Notes under the pieces: generated by a model
Database searches by the model: none
Told to the model about the DNA's origin: nothing
The model's input: only the letters and a program-made list of their open reading frames with translations
Program-made: the position numbers and the translations under genes
Sequence record: NC_054919.1
Length of the DNA stretch: 64,000 bases
Reading direction: 5' to 3' (one strand)
Source: Escherichia phage vB_EcoM_G4507
In this document: in pieces, positions 51,763 to 64,000 of the stretch
Layout: each line of letters opens with the position of its first letter
Numbering within the stretch: position 1 is the first letter of the stretch

Positions 51763-52416
51763 TTAATACTTACAAGATTTCACAGTTTCAATGAAAACAT
51801 TTTTAGCTTTCTGTGAATCAATATTTAAAATTTTTCTATAAGCCTTTAACTTTATAGAATAATTATTCCAGACTAAATTATCAGTCTGTTCATCATGTTT
51901 ATCAATTATATTTAAAAATGAATCAAGCAAGATAAACGTCTCAAACGAAATTATGTTCGATTGCAGAAGTTTAAAAATATAACTTGACTGAACCTTTGGA
52001 TTATATTCAAAGATTTCTTTAAAAGCAGAAACTTCAACTTTTTTACTAAAATAGTAAATATTGCGAATATCTTCTTCAAACTTAAACTTAATTTGCTTTA
52101 AGCGTCCGATATATTCACGATAAAACACAAGTGCATCAGCGTCAGAGATGTCACCAATCCAAGCATCTTGGTTAGCAACCAAATTACTTATAAAGATTAA
52201 AGCAAGTTCCTTTAATTTATATTTTTCTGATAACTTCTGGAAAAAATACTTATCCCTTCGCTTTTGATAAGCGGCATCAGACACCCGCATGCACCAATTA
52301 TACTTAATTACATCATACTTTCCATTCATATGCTGTTTTATCATTAAGTATAATTTATAAACTGATTTACCATCAATGTATCTTTCACCACCAGCAGGCA
52401 TGCGGAGTTTAATCAT
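51763..52416 (-). CDS. 59: helicase loader gp59
   Basis: 217-aa ORF immediately upstream of gene 32; synteny 33-59-32. Confidence 0.9.
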   Translation of the reverse strand: MIKLRMPAGGERYIDGKSVYKLYLMIKQHMNGKYDVIKYNWCMRVSDAAYQKRRDKYFFQKLSEKYKLKELALIFISNLVANQDAWIGDISDADALVFYREYIGRLKQIKFKFEEDIRNIYYFSKKVEVSAFKEIFEYNPKVQSSYIFKLLQSNIISFETFILLDSFLNIIDKHDEQTDNLVWNNYSIKLKAYRKILNIDSQKAKNVFIETVKSCKY

Positions 52417-52751
52417 AGTAGAAAATCTAATGTATTAGTTTTTTCACAACGAACAACAGAAGGACGTAAAAGATTTTCGTCAATAGCTTCTGACTGAATT
52501 TTTTCAATTATACCCGAAGGAATAAATTTAGCAAATTGAGTTTCAGGAATAGAATTTTCTTCTAAGAATGCTGTTGTAGCTTCAAGATAACTCATTCCAA
52601 ACTCTTCTACCATTTTTTCAATAATAAATCCATTTTCTTGGCGGTCAAGAAGCTTTGCAATTTCATCCTTTTCTTTCTTAATTGAAAGTTCTTTTTCTGA
52701 AAGTCCGGTCTCATCGACCGGACGAATATCATTTAGAGAAAACTGTGTCAT
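52413..52751 (-). CDS. 33: late transcription co-activator gp33
   Basis: ORF-track start 52760 trimmed to MTQFSLNDIRPVDETG... (112 aa); coupled to the gene 59 start. Confidence 0.85.
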   Translation of the reverse strand: MTQFSLNDIRPVDETGLSEKELSIKKEKDEIAKLLDRQENGFIIEKMVEEFGMSYLEATTAFLEENSIPETQFAKFIPSGIIEKIQSEAIDENLLRPSVVRCEKTNTLDFLL

Positions 52752-52998
52752 AAAGTTCAACTACCTCTTCAGTTTCAGCTTCAAACACATCACGATTATC
52801 TTTATGATACAAAGCTAACAGACGATTAAACATCTTACCATCAACGCCAAGTTCATCTTTGGCACGAATTCGAATATCTTTAATCAATTCATTATAACCA
52901 GAAATTTTCAGTTTATGATCAGATGCTTCTTTAATAAATTTAGCCAAGTCTTCGCCATGGATAGCTTCATCAAATTCAACCATTTCTTTTTTAGCCAT
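52729..52998 (-). CDS. dsbA: double-stranded DNA-binding protein DsbA (late transcription enhancer)
   Basis: 89-aa ORF between rnh and gene 33; length and position match T4 dsbA as recalled. Confidence 0.8.
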   Translation of the reverse strand: MAKKEMVEFDEAIHGEDLAKFIKEASDHKLKISGYNELIKDIRIRAKDELGVDGKMFNRLLALYHKDNRDVFEAETEEVVELYDTVFSK

Positions 52999-53006
52999 TA
53001 TTCACC

Positions 53007-53924
53007 TCAAAATTCATTAATGCTATTAGTTAATTTAGAAAGACCCGCTTTTACAAAATATGAATAAATTTTGCCGCGCGGTGGTAATTTATATGAATTA
53101 TAGTAATTCACAATGTTTGAAGCAATATTATCAGGAATATAATCAAAATCAATTAGAACTAAATTTTCTTTATAACGATTATATTCAGATTCTGTGAGAA
53201 GCACCTTAGCTTGCTCACGGTCATTAGCAATAGCTTCAACAATAGAGGTTTTCATTGAAGGAGTTCGTTCACCTTCAACTCTGGTAAACCAAAAGTCAGA
53301 TCGTACTTTAACTGAAGCAACGTTATCCTTTTTGTCGCCTTTAAGGATTTTAGTCATACAGTCAATTTCAGCAGAACCGCTTTTAATTTTAACCCATTTC
53401 TTGTGCATCGGTGACCATTGCTTAACATTTGGGTATTTGTGAAGTTGAGTAAAGTCACCATCCGACGAAATGATTAAAATCTTATGTCCTTCTAAAGAGA
53501 ACTTTTTAACAAGAACAGCGATATGATCATCTGCTTCATACTTATCAATATCCATAACGATGTATGGCATATAAGCTTTCAATTCATCTATAACTTTATG
53601 ACTGGATTCAAAATAACCTTCCCAGTCCCAAGTAGATTCTTCTCGTGCTTTTCCACGGTTTTTCTTATAATAATAAGCGAAATCACGACGCCAGTATCCA
53701 GATTTCGCATTATCAATACACAATACAATTTTAGTGTATCCAAGAGTTTTTGCTTTTTTAACATTGAACTTAATTGAGTTCAATATCAAATGACGAACCA
53801 TTGATAAATTAATTTTTTCTTTATCTGGGAAGTTTACCAGAGCAGTTGAAAGCGCAATCTGACTAAAGTCAATTAAGCAAATTCCTTCTTTGTAATCTTC
53901 ATCCAGCATCATTTCTAAATCCAT
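53007..53924 (-). CDS. rnh: RNase H (5'-3' exonuclease, FEN-1 family)
   Basis: ORF-track start 53939 contains the Shine-Dalgarno; ATG 53924 (MDLEMMLDEDYKEGICLIDFSQ...) gives 305 aa with acidic-cluster nuclease motifs. Confidence 0.9.
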   Translation of the reverse strand: MDLEMMLDEDYKEGICLIDFSQIALSTALVNFPDKEKINLSMVRHLILNSIKFNVKKAKTLGYTKIVLCIDNAKSGYWRRDFAYYYKKNRGKAREESTWDWEGYFESSHKVIDELKAYMPYIVMDIDKYEADDHIAVLVKKFSLEGHKILIISSDGDFTQLHKYPNVKQWSPMHKKWVKIKSGSAEIDCMTKILKGDKKDNVASVKVRSDFWFTRVEGERTPSMKTSIVEAIANDREQAKVLLTESEYNRYKENLVLIDFDYIPDNIASNIVNYYNSYKLPPRGKIYSYFVKAGLSKLTNSINEF

Positions 53925-53953
53925 ATGAACCTCGTTCAATTAGTGAGATTTCT

Positions 53954-53983
53954 ATTATATACTATCTAAATCTTAAAGTAAAC
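53954..53983 (-). promoter_or_regulatory. early promoter for rnh (GTTTAC-N18-TATAAT), back-to-back with the gene 34 late promoter
   Basis: Minus strand GTTTAC (53983-53978), 18-nt spacer, TATAAT (53959-53954). Confidence 0.45.
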
Positions 53984-53986
53984 AGG

Positions 53987-53994
53987 TATAAATA
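53987..53994 (+). promoter_or_regulatory. late promoter TATAAATA for gene 34
   Basis: TATAAATA 35 nt upstream of the gene 34 ATG. Confidence 0.5.
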
Positions 53995-54028
53995 CTTATT
54001 ATTGAAAACACAATAGGAGCCCGGGAGA

Positions 54029-57000
54029 ATGGCCGAGATTAAAAGAAAGTTCAGAGCAGAAGATGGTCTGGACGCAGGTGGCGATAAAATAATCAACGTA
54101 GCTTTAGCTGACCGTACCGTAGGAACTGACGGTGTTAACGTTGATTACTTAATTCAAGAAAACACAGTTCAGCAATATGATCCAACTCGTGGATATTTAA
54201 AAGATTTTGTAATCATTTATAATAATCGTTTTTGGGCAGCAACGGATAATATTCCAAAACCTGCTGGAAATTTTAATAGAATTCGTTGGAAAGCATTACG
54301 TACTGATGCCGTATATACAACCGTATCATCTGGACCATATCAATTAAAATCCGGAGAAGCAATTTCAGTAGATACATCAGTTGGCAATGACATTGAGTTT
54401 ACTTTACCACCTTCTCCGCTTGATGGAGAAACCGTAATAATTCAAGATATCGGTGGAAAACCTGGCATAAATCAGGTTAAAATAAATTCTTCAAATCAGA
54501 GTATTGTCAATTTTAGAGGTGAACAGGTACGTTCAGTTTTAATGACTCATCCAAAGTCACAGATGATATTCATTTTTAATAATCGTTTGTGGCAAATGTA
54601 TGTTGCTGATTATAGCAGAGAAGCTGCGATTGTTACTCCATCGACTGCGTATCAAGCACAATCTAATGATTTTATCGTACGTAGATTTACTTCTGCTGCA
54701 CCAATTAATGTTAAACTTCCGAGATTTGCTAATCATGGCGATATTATTAATTTCGTTGATTTAGATAAACTGAATCCACTTTATCATACAATTGTTACTA
54801 CATACGATGAAACGACTTCAGTACAAGAAGTTGGAACTCATTCCATTGAAGGCCGTACATCGATTGACGGTTTCTTGATGTTTGACGATAATGAGAAATT
54901 GTGGAGATTGTTTGACGGGGATAGTAAAGCACGTTTACGCATTATAACAACTAATTCAAATATTCGTCCAAATGAAGAAGTCATGGTATTTGGCGCGAAT
55001 AATGGAACAACCCAAACAATTGAACTTCAGCTTCCGACTGATATTTCTGTTGGTGATACTGTTAAAATTTCCATGAATTACATGAGAAAAGGACAAACAG
55101 TTAAAATCAAAGCTGCTGGTGAAGATAAAATTGCTTCTTCAGTTCAATTGCTGCAATTCCCAAAACGTTCAGAATATCCGCCTGAAGCTGAATGGGTAAC
55201 AGTTCAAGAATTAGTTTTTAATGGTGAAACTAATTATGTACCAGTTTTGCAACTTGCTTATATAGAAGATTCTGATGGAAAATACTGGGTTGTACAGCAA
55301 AACGTTCCAACAGTTGAAAGAGTCGATTCTTTAAATAATTCTACTAGAGCAAGATTAGGCGTAATTGCTTTAGCTACACAAGCTCAAGCAAATGCTGATT
55401 TAGAAAATTCTCCACAAAAAGAATTAGCAATTACTCCAGAAACGTTAGCTAATCGTACTGCTACTGAAACTCGCAGAGGTATTGCAAGAATAGCAACTAC
55501 TGCTCAAGTAAATCAGAACACCACATTCTCTTTTGCAGATGACCTTATCATCACTCCTAAAAAGCTGAATGAAAGAACTGCTACAGAAACTCGTAGAGGT
55601 GTTGCTGAAATTGCTACGCAGCAAGAAACTAATACAGGTACTGATGATACTACAATCATCACTCCTAAAAAGCTTCAAGCTCGTCAAGGTTCTGAATCAT
55701 TATCTGGTATTGTAACTTTTGTATCTACCGCAGGAGCTACTCCAGCTTCTAGTCGTGAATTAAATGGTACGAATGTTTATAATAAAAACACTAATAATTT
55801 AGTTGTTTCACCTAAAGCTTTGGATCAGTATAAAGCTACTCCAACGCAACAAGGCGCAGTAATTTTAGCAGTTGAAAGTGAAGTAATTGCTGGACAAAGC
55901 CAAGAAGGATGGGCAAATGCGGTTGTAACGCCAGAAACGTTACATAAAAAGACATCAACTGATGGAAGAATTGGTTTAATTGAAATTGCTACGCAAAGTG
56001 AAGTTAATACAGGAACTGACTATACTCGTGCAGTCACTCCTAAAACTTTAAATGACCGTAGAGCAACTGAAAGTTTAAGTGGTATAGCTGAAATTGCTAC
56101 GCAAGTTGAATTCGACGCAGGCGTCGACGATACTCGTATCTCTACACCATTAAAAATTAAAACCAGATTTAATAGTACTGATCGTACTTCTGTTGTTGCT
56201 CTATCTGGATTAGTTGAATCAGGAACTCTCTGGGACCATTATACCCTTAATATTCTTGAAGCAAATGAGACACAGCGTGGTACACTTCGTGTAGCTACAC
56301 AAGTTGAAGCTGCTGCAGGAACATTAGATAATGTTTTAATAACTCCTAAAAAGCTTTTAGGTACTAAATCTACCGAATCGCAAGAAGGTGTTATTAAAGT
56401 TGCAACTCAGTCTGAAACTGTGACTGGAACGTCAGCAAATACTGCTGTATCTCCAAAAAATTTAAAATGGATTGTGCAGAGTGAACCAACTTGGGCAGCA
56501 ACTACTCTGATAAGAGGGTTTGTTAAAACTTCTTCTGGTTCATTAACGTTTGTTGGTAATGATACGGTAGGTTCAACACAGCCATTAGAATCATATGAGA
56601 AAAATGGTTATGCAGTATCACCATATGAATTAAATCGCGTATTAGCAAATTATTTGCCGTTAAAAGCAAAAGCTGCTGACGCAAATTTATTAGATGGTCT
56701 AGATTCATCTCAGTTCATTCGTAGGGATATTGCCCAGACAGTTAATGGTTCACTAACCTTAACCAAACAAACGAACCTGAGTGCCCCTCTTGTATCATCT
56801 AGTACTGCTACGTTTGGTGGATCAGTTTCAGCAAATAGTACACTAACTATTTCTAATACTGGAACGGCAACTCAATTAATTTTTGAGAAAGGACCTCAAA
56901 CTGGAACAAACCCGACTCAAACAATGACTGTAAAAGTGTGGGGAAATCAATTTAGTGGGGAGTCAGACACAACACGTTCTACTGTATTTGAAGTTAGTGA

Positions 57001-57898
57001 TGAAACTTCTAGTCATTTTTATTCTCAGCGTAATAAAGCTGGTAATATAACATTTAATATCAACGGTACAGTAACACCGATAAATGTGAATGCTTCAGGA
57101 ACATTGAATGCGAATGGCGTTGCTACATTTGGTAATTCAGTCACTGCAACTGGTGAAATTATTTCTCGAAGCGCAAATGCTTTCCGTGCTATTAATGGAA
57201 ATTATGGTTTCATTATTCGTAATGACGGGTCAGTAACGAATTTTATGCTTACTGCATCAGGCAATCAAACTGGTGGATTTAATGGATTACGTCCATTGTC
57301 CATTAATAATCAATCTGGGCAGGTCACAATTGGTGAAAGCTTGATCATTGCTAAAGGTGCTACTATAAATTCAGGTGGTTTAACTGTTAACTCGAGAATT
57401 CGTTCTCAAGGTGTTAAAACATCTGATTTATATACCCGTGCGCCGACATCTGATACTGTAGGATTCTGGTCAATCGATATTAATGATTCAGCCACTTATA
57501 ACCAGTTCCCGGGTTATTTTAAAATGGTTGAAAAAACTAATGAAGTTACTGGACTTCCATACTTAGAACGTGGCGAAGAAGTTAAATCTCCTGGTACATT
57601 GACTCAGTTTGGTAACACACTTGATTCACTTTACCAAGATTGGATTACTTATCCAACGACTCCAGAAGCACGTACCACTCGCTGGACACGTACATGGCAA
57701 AAAACTAAAAACTCTTGGTCAAGTTTTGTTCAGGTATTTGATGGAGGTAACCCTCCTCAACCTTCGGATATAGGAGCAATTCCATCTGATAATGGAATAA
57801 TAGGTAATCTTACTATTCGTGATTTCTTACGAATTGGTAATGTTCGCATTATTCCTGACCCAGTGAATAAAACTGTTAAATTTGAATGGGTTGAATAA
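54029..57898 (+). CDS. 34: long tail fibre proximal subunit gp34
   Basis: 1289-aa ORF; internal repeats of (I/V)TPKKL..RTATETRRG(V/I)AEIATQ-like units; synteny 34-35-36-37-38. Confidence 0.95.
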   Translation: MAEIKRKFRAEDGLDAGGDKIINVALADRTVGTDGVNVDYLIQENTVQQYDPTRGYLKDFVIIYNNRFWAATDNIPKPAGNFNRIRWKALRTDAVYTTVSSGPYQLKSGEAISVDTSVGNDIEFTLPPSPLDGETVIIQDIGGKPGINQVKINSSNQSIVNFRGEQVRSVLMTHPKSQMIFIFNNRLWQMYVADYSREAAIVTPSTAYQAQSNDFIVRRFTSAAPINVKLPRFANHGDIINFVDLDKLNPLYHTIVTTYDETTSVQEVGTHSIEGRTSIDGFLMFDDNEKLWRLFDGDSKARLRIITTNSNIRPNEEVMVFGANNGTTQTIELQLPTDISVGDTVKISMNYMRKGQTVKIKAAGEDKIASSVQLLQFPKRSEYPPEAEWVTVQELVFNGETNYVPVLQLAYIEDSDGKYWVVQQNVPTVERVDSLNNSTRARLGVIALATQAQANADLENSPQKELAITPETLANRTATETRRGIARIATTAQVNQNTTFSFADDLIITPKKLNERTATETRRGVAEIATQQETNTGTDDTTIITPKKLQARQGSESLSGIVTFVSTAGATPASSRELNGTNVYNKNTNNLVVSPKALDQYKATPTQQGAVILAVESEVIAGQSQEGWANAVVTPETLHKKTSTDGRIGLIEIATQSEVNTGTDYTRAVTPKTLNDRRATESLSGIAEIATQVEFDAGVDDTRISTPLKIKTRFNSTDRTSVVALSGLVESGTLWDHYTLNILEANETQRGTLRVATQVEAAAGTLDNVLITPKKLLGTKSTESQEGVIKVATQSETVTGTSANTAVSPKNLKWIVQSEPTWAATTLIRGFVKTSSGSLTFVGNDTVGSTQPLESYEKNGYAVSPYELNRVLANYLPLKAKAADANLLDGLDSSQFIRRDIAQTVNGSLTLTKQTNLSAPLVSSSTATFGGSVSANSTLTISNTGTATQLIFEKGPQTGTNPTQTMTVKVWGNQFSGESDTTRSTVFEVSDETSSHFYSQRNKAGNITFNINGTVTPINVNASGTLNANGVATFGNSVTATGEIISRSANAFRAINGNYGFIIRNDGSVTNFMLTASGNQTGGFNGLRPLSINNQSGQVTIGESLIIAKGATINSGGLTVNSRIRSQGVKTSDLYTRAPTSDTVGFWSIDINDSATYNQFPGYFKMVEKTNEVTGLPYLERGEEVKSPGTLTQFGNTLDSLYQDWITYPTTPEARTTRWTRTWQKTKNSWSSFVQVFDGGNPPQPSDIGAIPSDNGIIGNLTIRDFLRIGNVRIIPDPVNKTVKFEWVE

Positions 57899-57906
57899 GA
57901 GGTATT

Positions 57907-59022
57907 ATGGAAAAATTTATGGCAGAGTTTGGACAAGGATATGTCCAAACGCCATTTTTATCGGAAAGCAATTCAGTAAGATATAAAATAAGCATAGCGG
58001 GCTCTTGCCCGCTTTCTACTGCAGGGCCATATGTTAAATTTCAGGATAATCCCGTTGGAAATCAAACATTTAGTGCAGGTCTTCATTTAAGAGTTTTTGA
58101 CCCTTCTACGGGAGCATTAGTTGATAGTAAGTCATATGCTTTTTCTGCTTCAAACAATACAACATCTGCCGCTTTTGTCAGTTTCATGAATTCTTTGTCA
58201 AACAATAGACTTGTTGCTATATTAACTAGCGGAAAGGTTAATTTTCCTCCTGAAGTGGTATCTTGGTTAAGGGGAGCAGGAACTTCAGTTTTTCCATCAG
58301 ATTCAGTATTGTCAAGATTTGACGTATCATATGCTGCTTTTTATACTTCTTCTAAAAGAGCTATTGCATTAGAGCATGTTAAACTAAGTAATAGAAAAAG
58401 CACAGATGATTATCAAACTATTTTAGATGTTGTATTTGATAGTTTAGAAGACGTCGGAGCGACAGGATTTCCAAAAAGAACTTATGAAAGTGTCGAGCAA
58501 TTCATGTCAGCAGTTGGTGGAACTAATAACGAAATTGCGCGATTGCCAACTTCAGCTGCTATAAGTAAACTTTCTGACTATAATTTAATTCCTGGTGATG
58601 TTCTTTATCTTAAAGCACAGTTATATGCTGATGCTGATTTACTTGATCTTGGAACTACAAACATATCCATTCGTTTTTATGATGCATCAAATGGATATAT
58701 TTCCTCTACCCAAGCTGAGTTTACTGGGCAAGCTGGGTCATGGGAATTAAAGGAAGATTATGTAGTTGTTCCTGAAAATGCAGTCGGATTTACTATATAT
58801 GCGCAGAGAACTGCTCAAGCTGGTCAAGGCGGAATGAGGAATTTAAGCTTTTCTGAAGTATCAAGAAATGGCGGCATTTCAAAACCTGCCGAATTTGGCG
58901 TCAACGGTATTCGCGTTAATTATGTCTGTGAATCGGCTTCACCTCCAGATATAATGGTACTTCCTACACAAGCCTCTTCTAAAACTGGCAAAGTGTTTGG
59001 ACAGGAATTTAGAGAAGTTTAA
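57907..59022 (+). CDS. 35: long tail fibre hinge (knee) protein gp35
   Basis: 371-aa ORF directly after gene 34. Confidence 0.9.
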   Translation: MEKFMAEFGQGYVQTPFLSESNSVRYKISIAGSCPLSTAGPYVKFQDNPVGNQTFSAGLHLRVFDPSTGALVDSKSYAFSASNNTTSAAFVSFMNSLSNNRLVAILTSGKVNFPPEVVSWLRGAGTSVFPSDSVLSRFDVSYAAFYTSSKRAIALEHVKLSNRKSTDDYQTILDVVFDSLEDVGATGFPKRTYESVEQFMSAVGGTNNEIARLPTSAAISKLSDYNLIPGDVLYLKAQLYADADLLDLGTTNISIRFYDASNGYISSTQAEFTGQAGSWELKEDYVVVPENAVGFTIYAQRTAQAGQGGMRNLSFSEVSRNGGISKPAEFGVNGIRVNYVCESASPPDIMVLPTQASSKTGKVFGQEFREV

Positions 59023-59026
59023 ACTG

Positions 59027-59044
59027 AGGGAGCCTTCGGGTTCC
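59027..59044 (+). terminator. hairpin GGGAGCC-UUCG-GGUUCCC after gene 35
   Basis: 7-bp stem (one G-U pair) with UUCG loop, then U-run and a TATAAATA at 59054-59061. Confidence 0.55.
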
Positions 59045-59084
59045 CTTTTTCTTTATAAATAATATTAAAATAAAGGGGCATATA

Positions 59085-59735
59085 ATGGCTGATTTAAAAG
59101 TAGGTTCAACTGTAGGTGGATCTGTCATTTGGCATCAAGGAAATTTTCCATTGAATTCAGCCGGTGACGATGTACTCTACAAATCATTTAAAATATATTC
59201 AGAATATAATAAACCACAGGCAGCTGATAACGATTTCGTTTCTAAAGCTAATGGTGGTACTTACACCGGTCCAATTACTATTAATTACGGGGTAAATAGT
59301 TATCTTCAATTAAGTAATAATGAAACCCCCATTCGAATTCGTTCTGGTGGCGGTACCGGTAATACTCTTGTAGTTGGCGGCTCTTCCGGCGGTATTAGTT
59401 TTAGACCTGCAGGTAGTGAAATCACTACTGGACAAATTACTATTACACCAGAAGGTTTGACAACATTTACCAGGGCTGTAACGGCTCCATCGGTAACTGT
59501 TACATCTACTCCTTCCGCAGCATCTGATGTTACTCGCAAAGATTATGTTGATGGAGCAATAAATACTGTTACAGCAAATGCAAACTCTAGGGTATTACGC
59601 TCTGGAGACACTATGACAGGAAATTTAACTGCGCCAAACCTTTTTTCACAGAATCCTGCATCTCAACCCTCGCATGTTCCGCGATTTGACCAAATCGTAA
59701 TTAAGGATTCTGTTCAAGATTTCGGCTATTATTAA
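59085..59735 (+). CDS. 36: long tail fibre distal connector gp36
   Basis: 216-aa ORF MADLKVGSTVGGSVIWHQGNFPLN...; synteny. Confidence 0.92.
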   Translation: MADLKVGSTVGGSVIWHQGNFPLNSAGDDVLYKSFKIYSEYNKPQAADNDFVSKANGGTYTGPITINYGVNSYLQLSNNETPIRIRSGGGTGNTLVVGGSSGGISFRPAGSEITTGQITITPEGLTTFTRAVTAPSVTVTSTPSAASDVTRKDYVDGAINTVTANANSRVLRSGDTMTGNLTAPNLFSQNPASQPSHVPRFDQIVIKDSVQDFGYY

Positions 59736-59743
59736 GAGGACTT

Positions 59744-63863
<4,120 letters not shown>

Positions 63864-63894
63864 TTTGAATAAATATCCTTAAAAGGAGGGTCTA

Positions 63895-64000
63895 TGGCAG
63901 CACCTAGAATATCATTTTCGCCCTCTGATATTCTATTTGGTGTTCTAGATCGCTTGTTCAAAGATAACGCTACCGGGAAAGTTCTTGCTTCCCGGGTAGC
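63895..64000 (+). CDS. t: holin T, N-terminal fragment (3' end outside window)
   Basis: MAAPRISFSPSDILFGVLDRLFKDNATGKVLASRV... after AAGGAGG Shine-Dalgarno; synteny after gene 38. Confidence 0.8.

Noticed and set aside
54029-57898. Repetitive units inside gene 34 as a possible repeat or mobile element
   Set aside because: The repeats are in frame and encode the reiterated structural motif of the proximal tail fibre; they are protein-domain repeats, not an insertion.

Overview
This 64-kb window is one contiguous segment of a T-even (T4-like, Tequatrovirus-type) myovirus genome, running from the 3' end of terminase gene 17 to the 5' end of holin gene t. It is tightly packed and AT-rich, with no rRNA, tRNA or CRISPR. 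Calls rest on reading the six-frame translations, synteny and protein lengths recalled for T4; no database search was run. Plus-strand late blocks: 18-19-20-67-68-21-22-23-24 (tail sheath/tube, portal, prohead core, major capsid), 51-27-28-29-48-54 (baseplate hub) and 34-35-36-37-38 (long tail fibre). Minus-strand blocks: rnlB-24.2-24.3-hoc-inh, uvsY-25-26, and a long early/middle block rnh-dsbA-33-59-32-frd-td-nrdA-nrdB-denA-rnlA-alc-spanins-pseT-cd-31-rIII-30.x-30-alt. I did not find a clearly new multi-gene system; the most unusual items are a 54-bp early-promoter cassette present twice 15 kb apart, two full-length Alt-type ADP-ribosyltransferase genes in tandem, a NADAR-like gene, and several homing-endonuclease differences from T4 (td intron with I-TevI present, nrdB intronless with no mobE, an extra HNH gene between 18 and 19). 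gp38 is the glycine-rich T2/T6-type adhesin and gp37 ends in an intramolecular-chaperone-like domain, so this is a T4 relative rather than T4 itself. Many ORF-track starts are over-extended through TTG/GTG codons across terminator hairpins and were re-set to the ATG with a Shine-Dalgarno.
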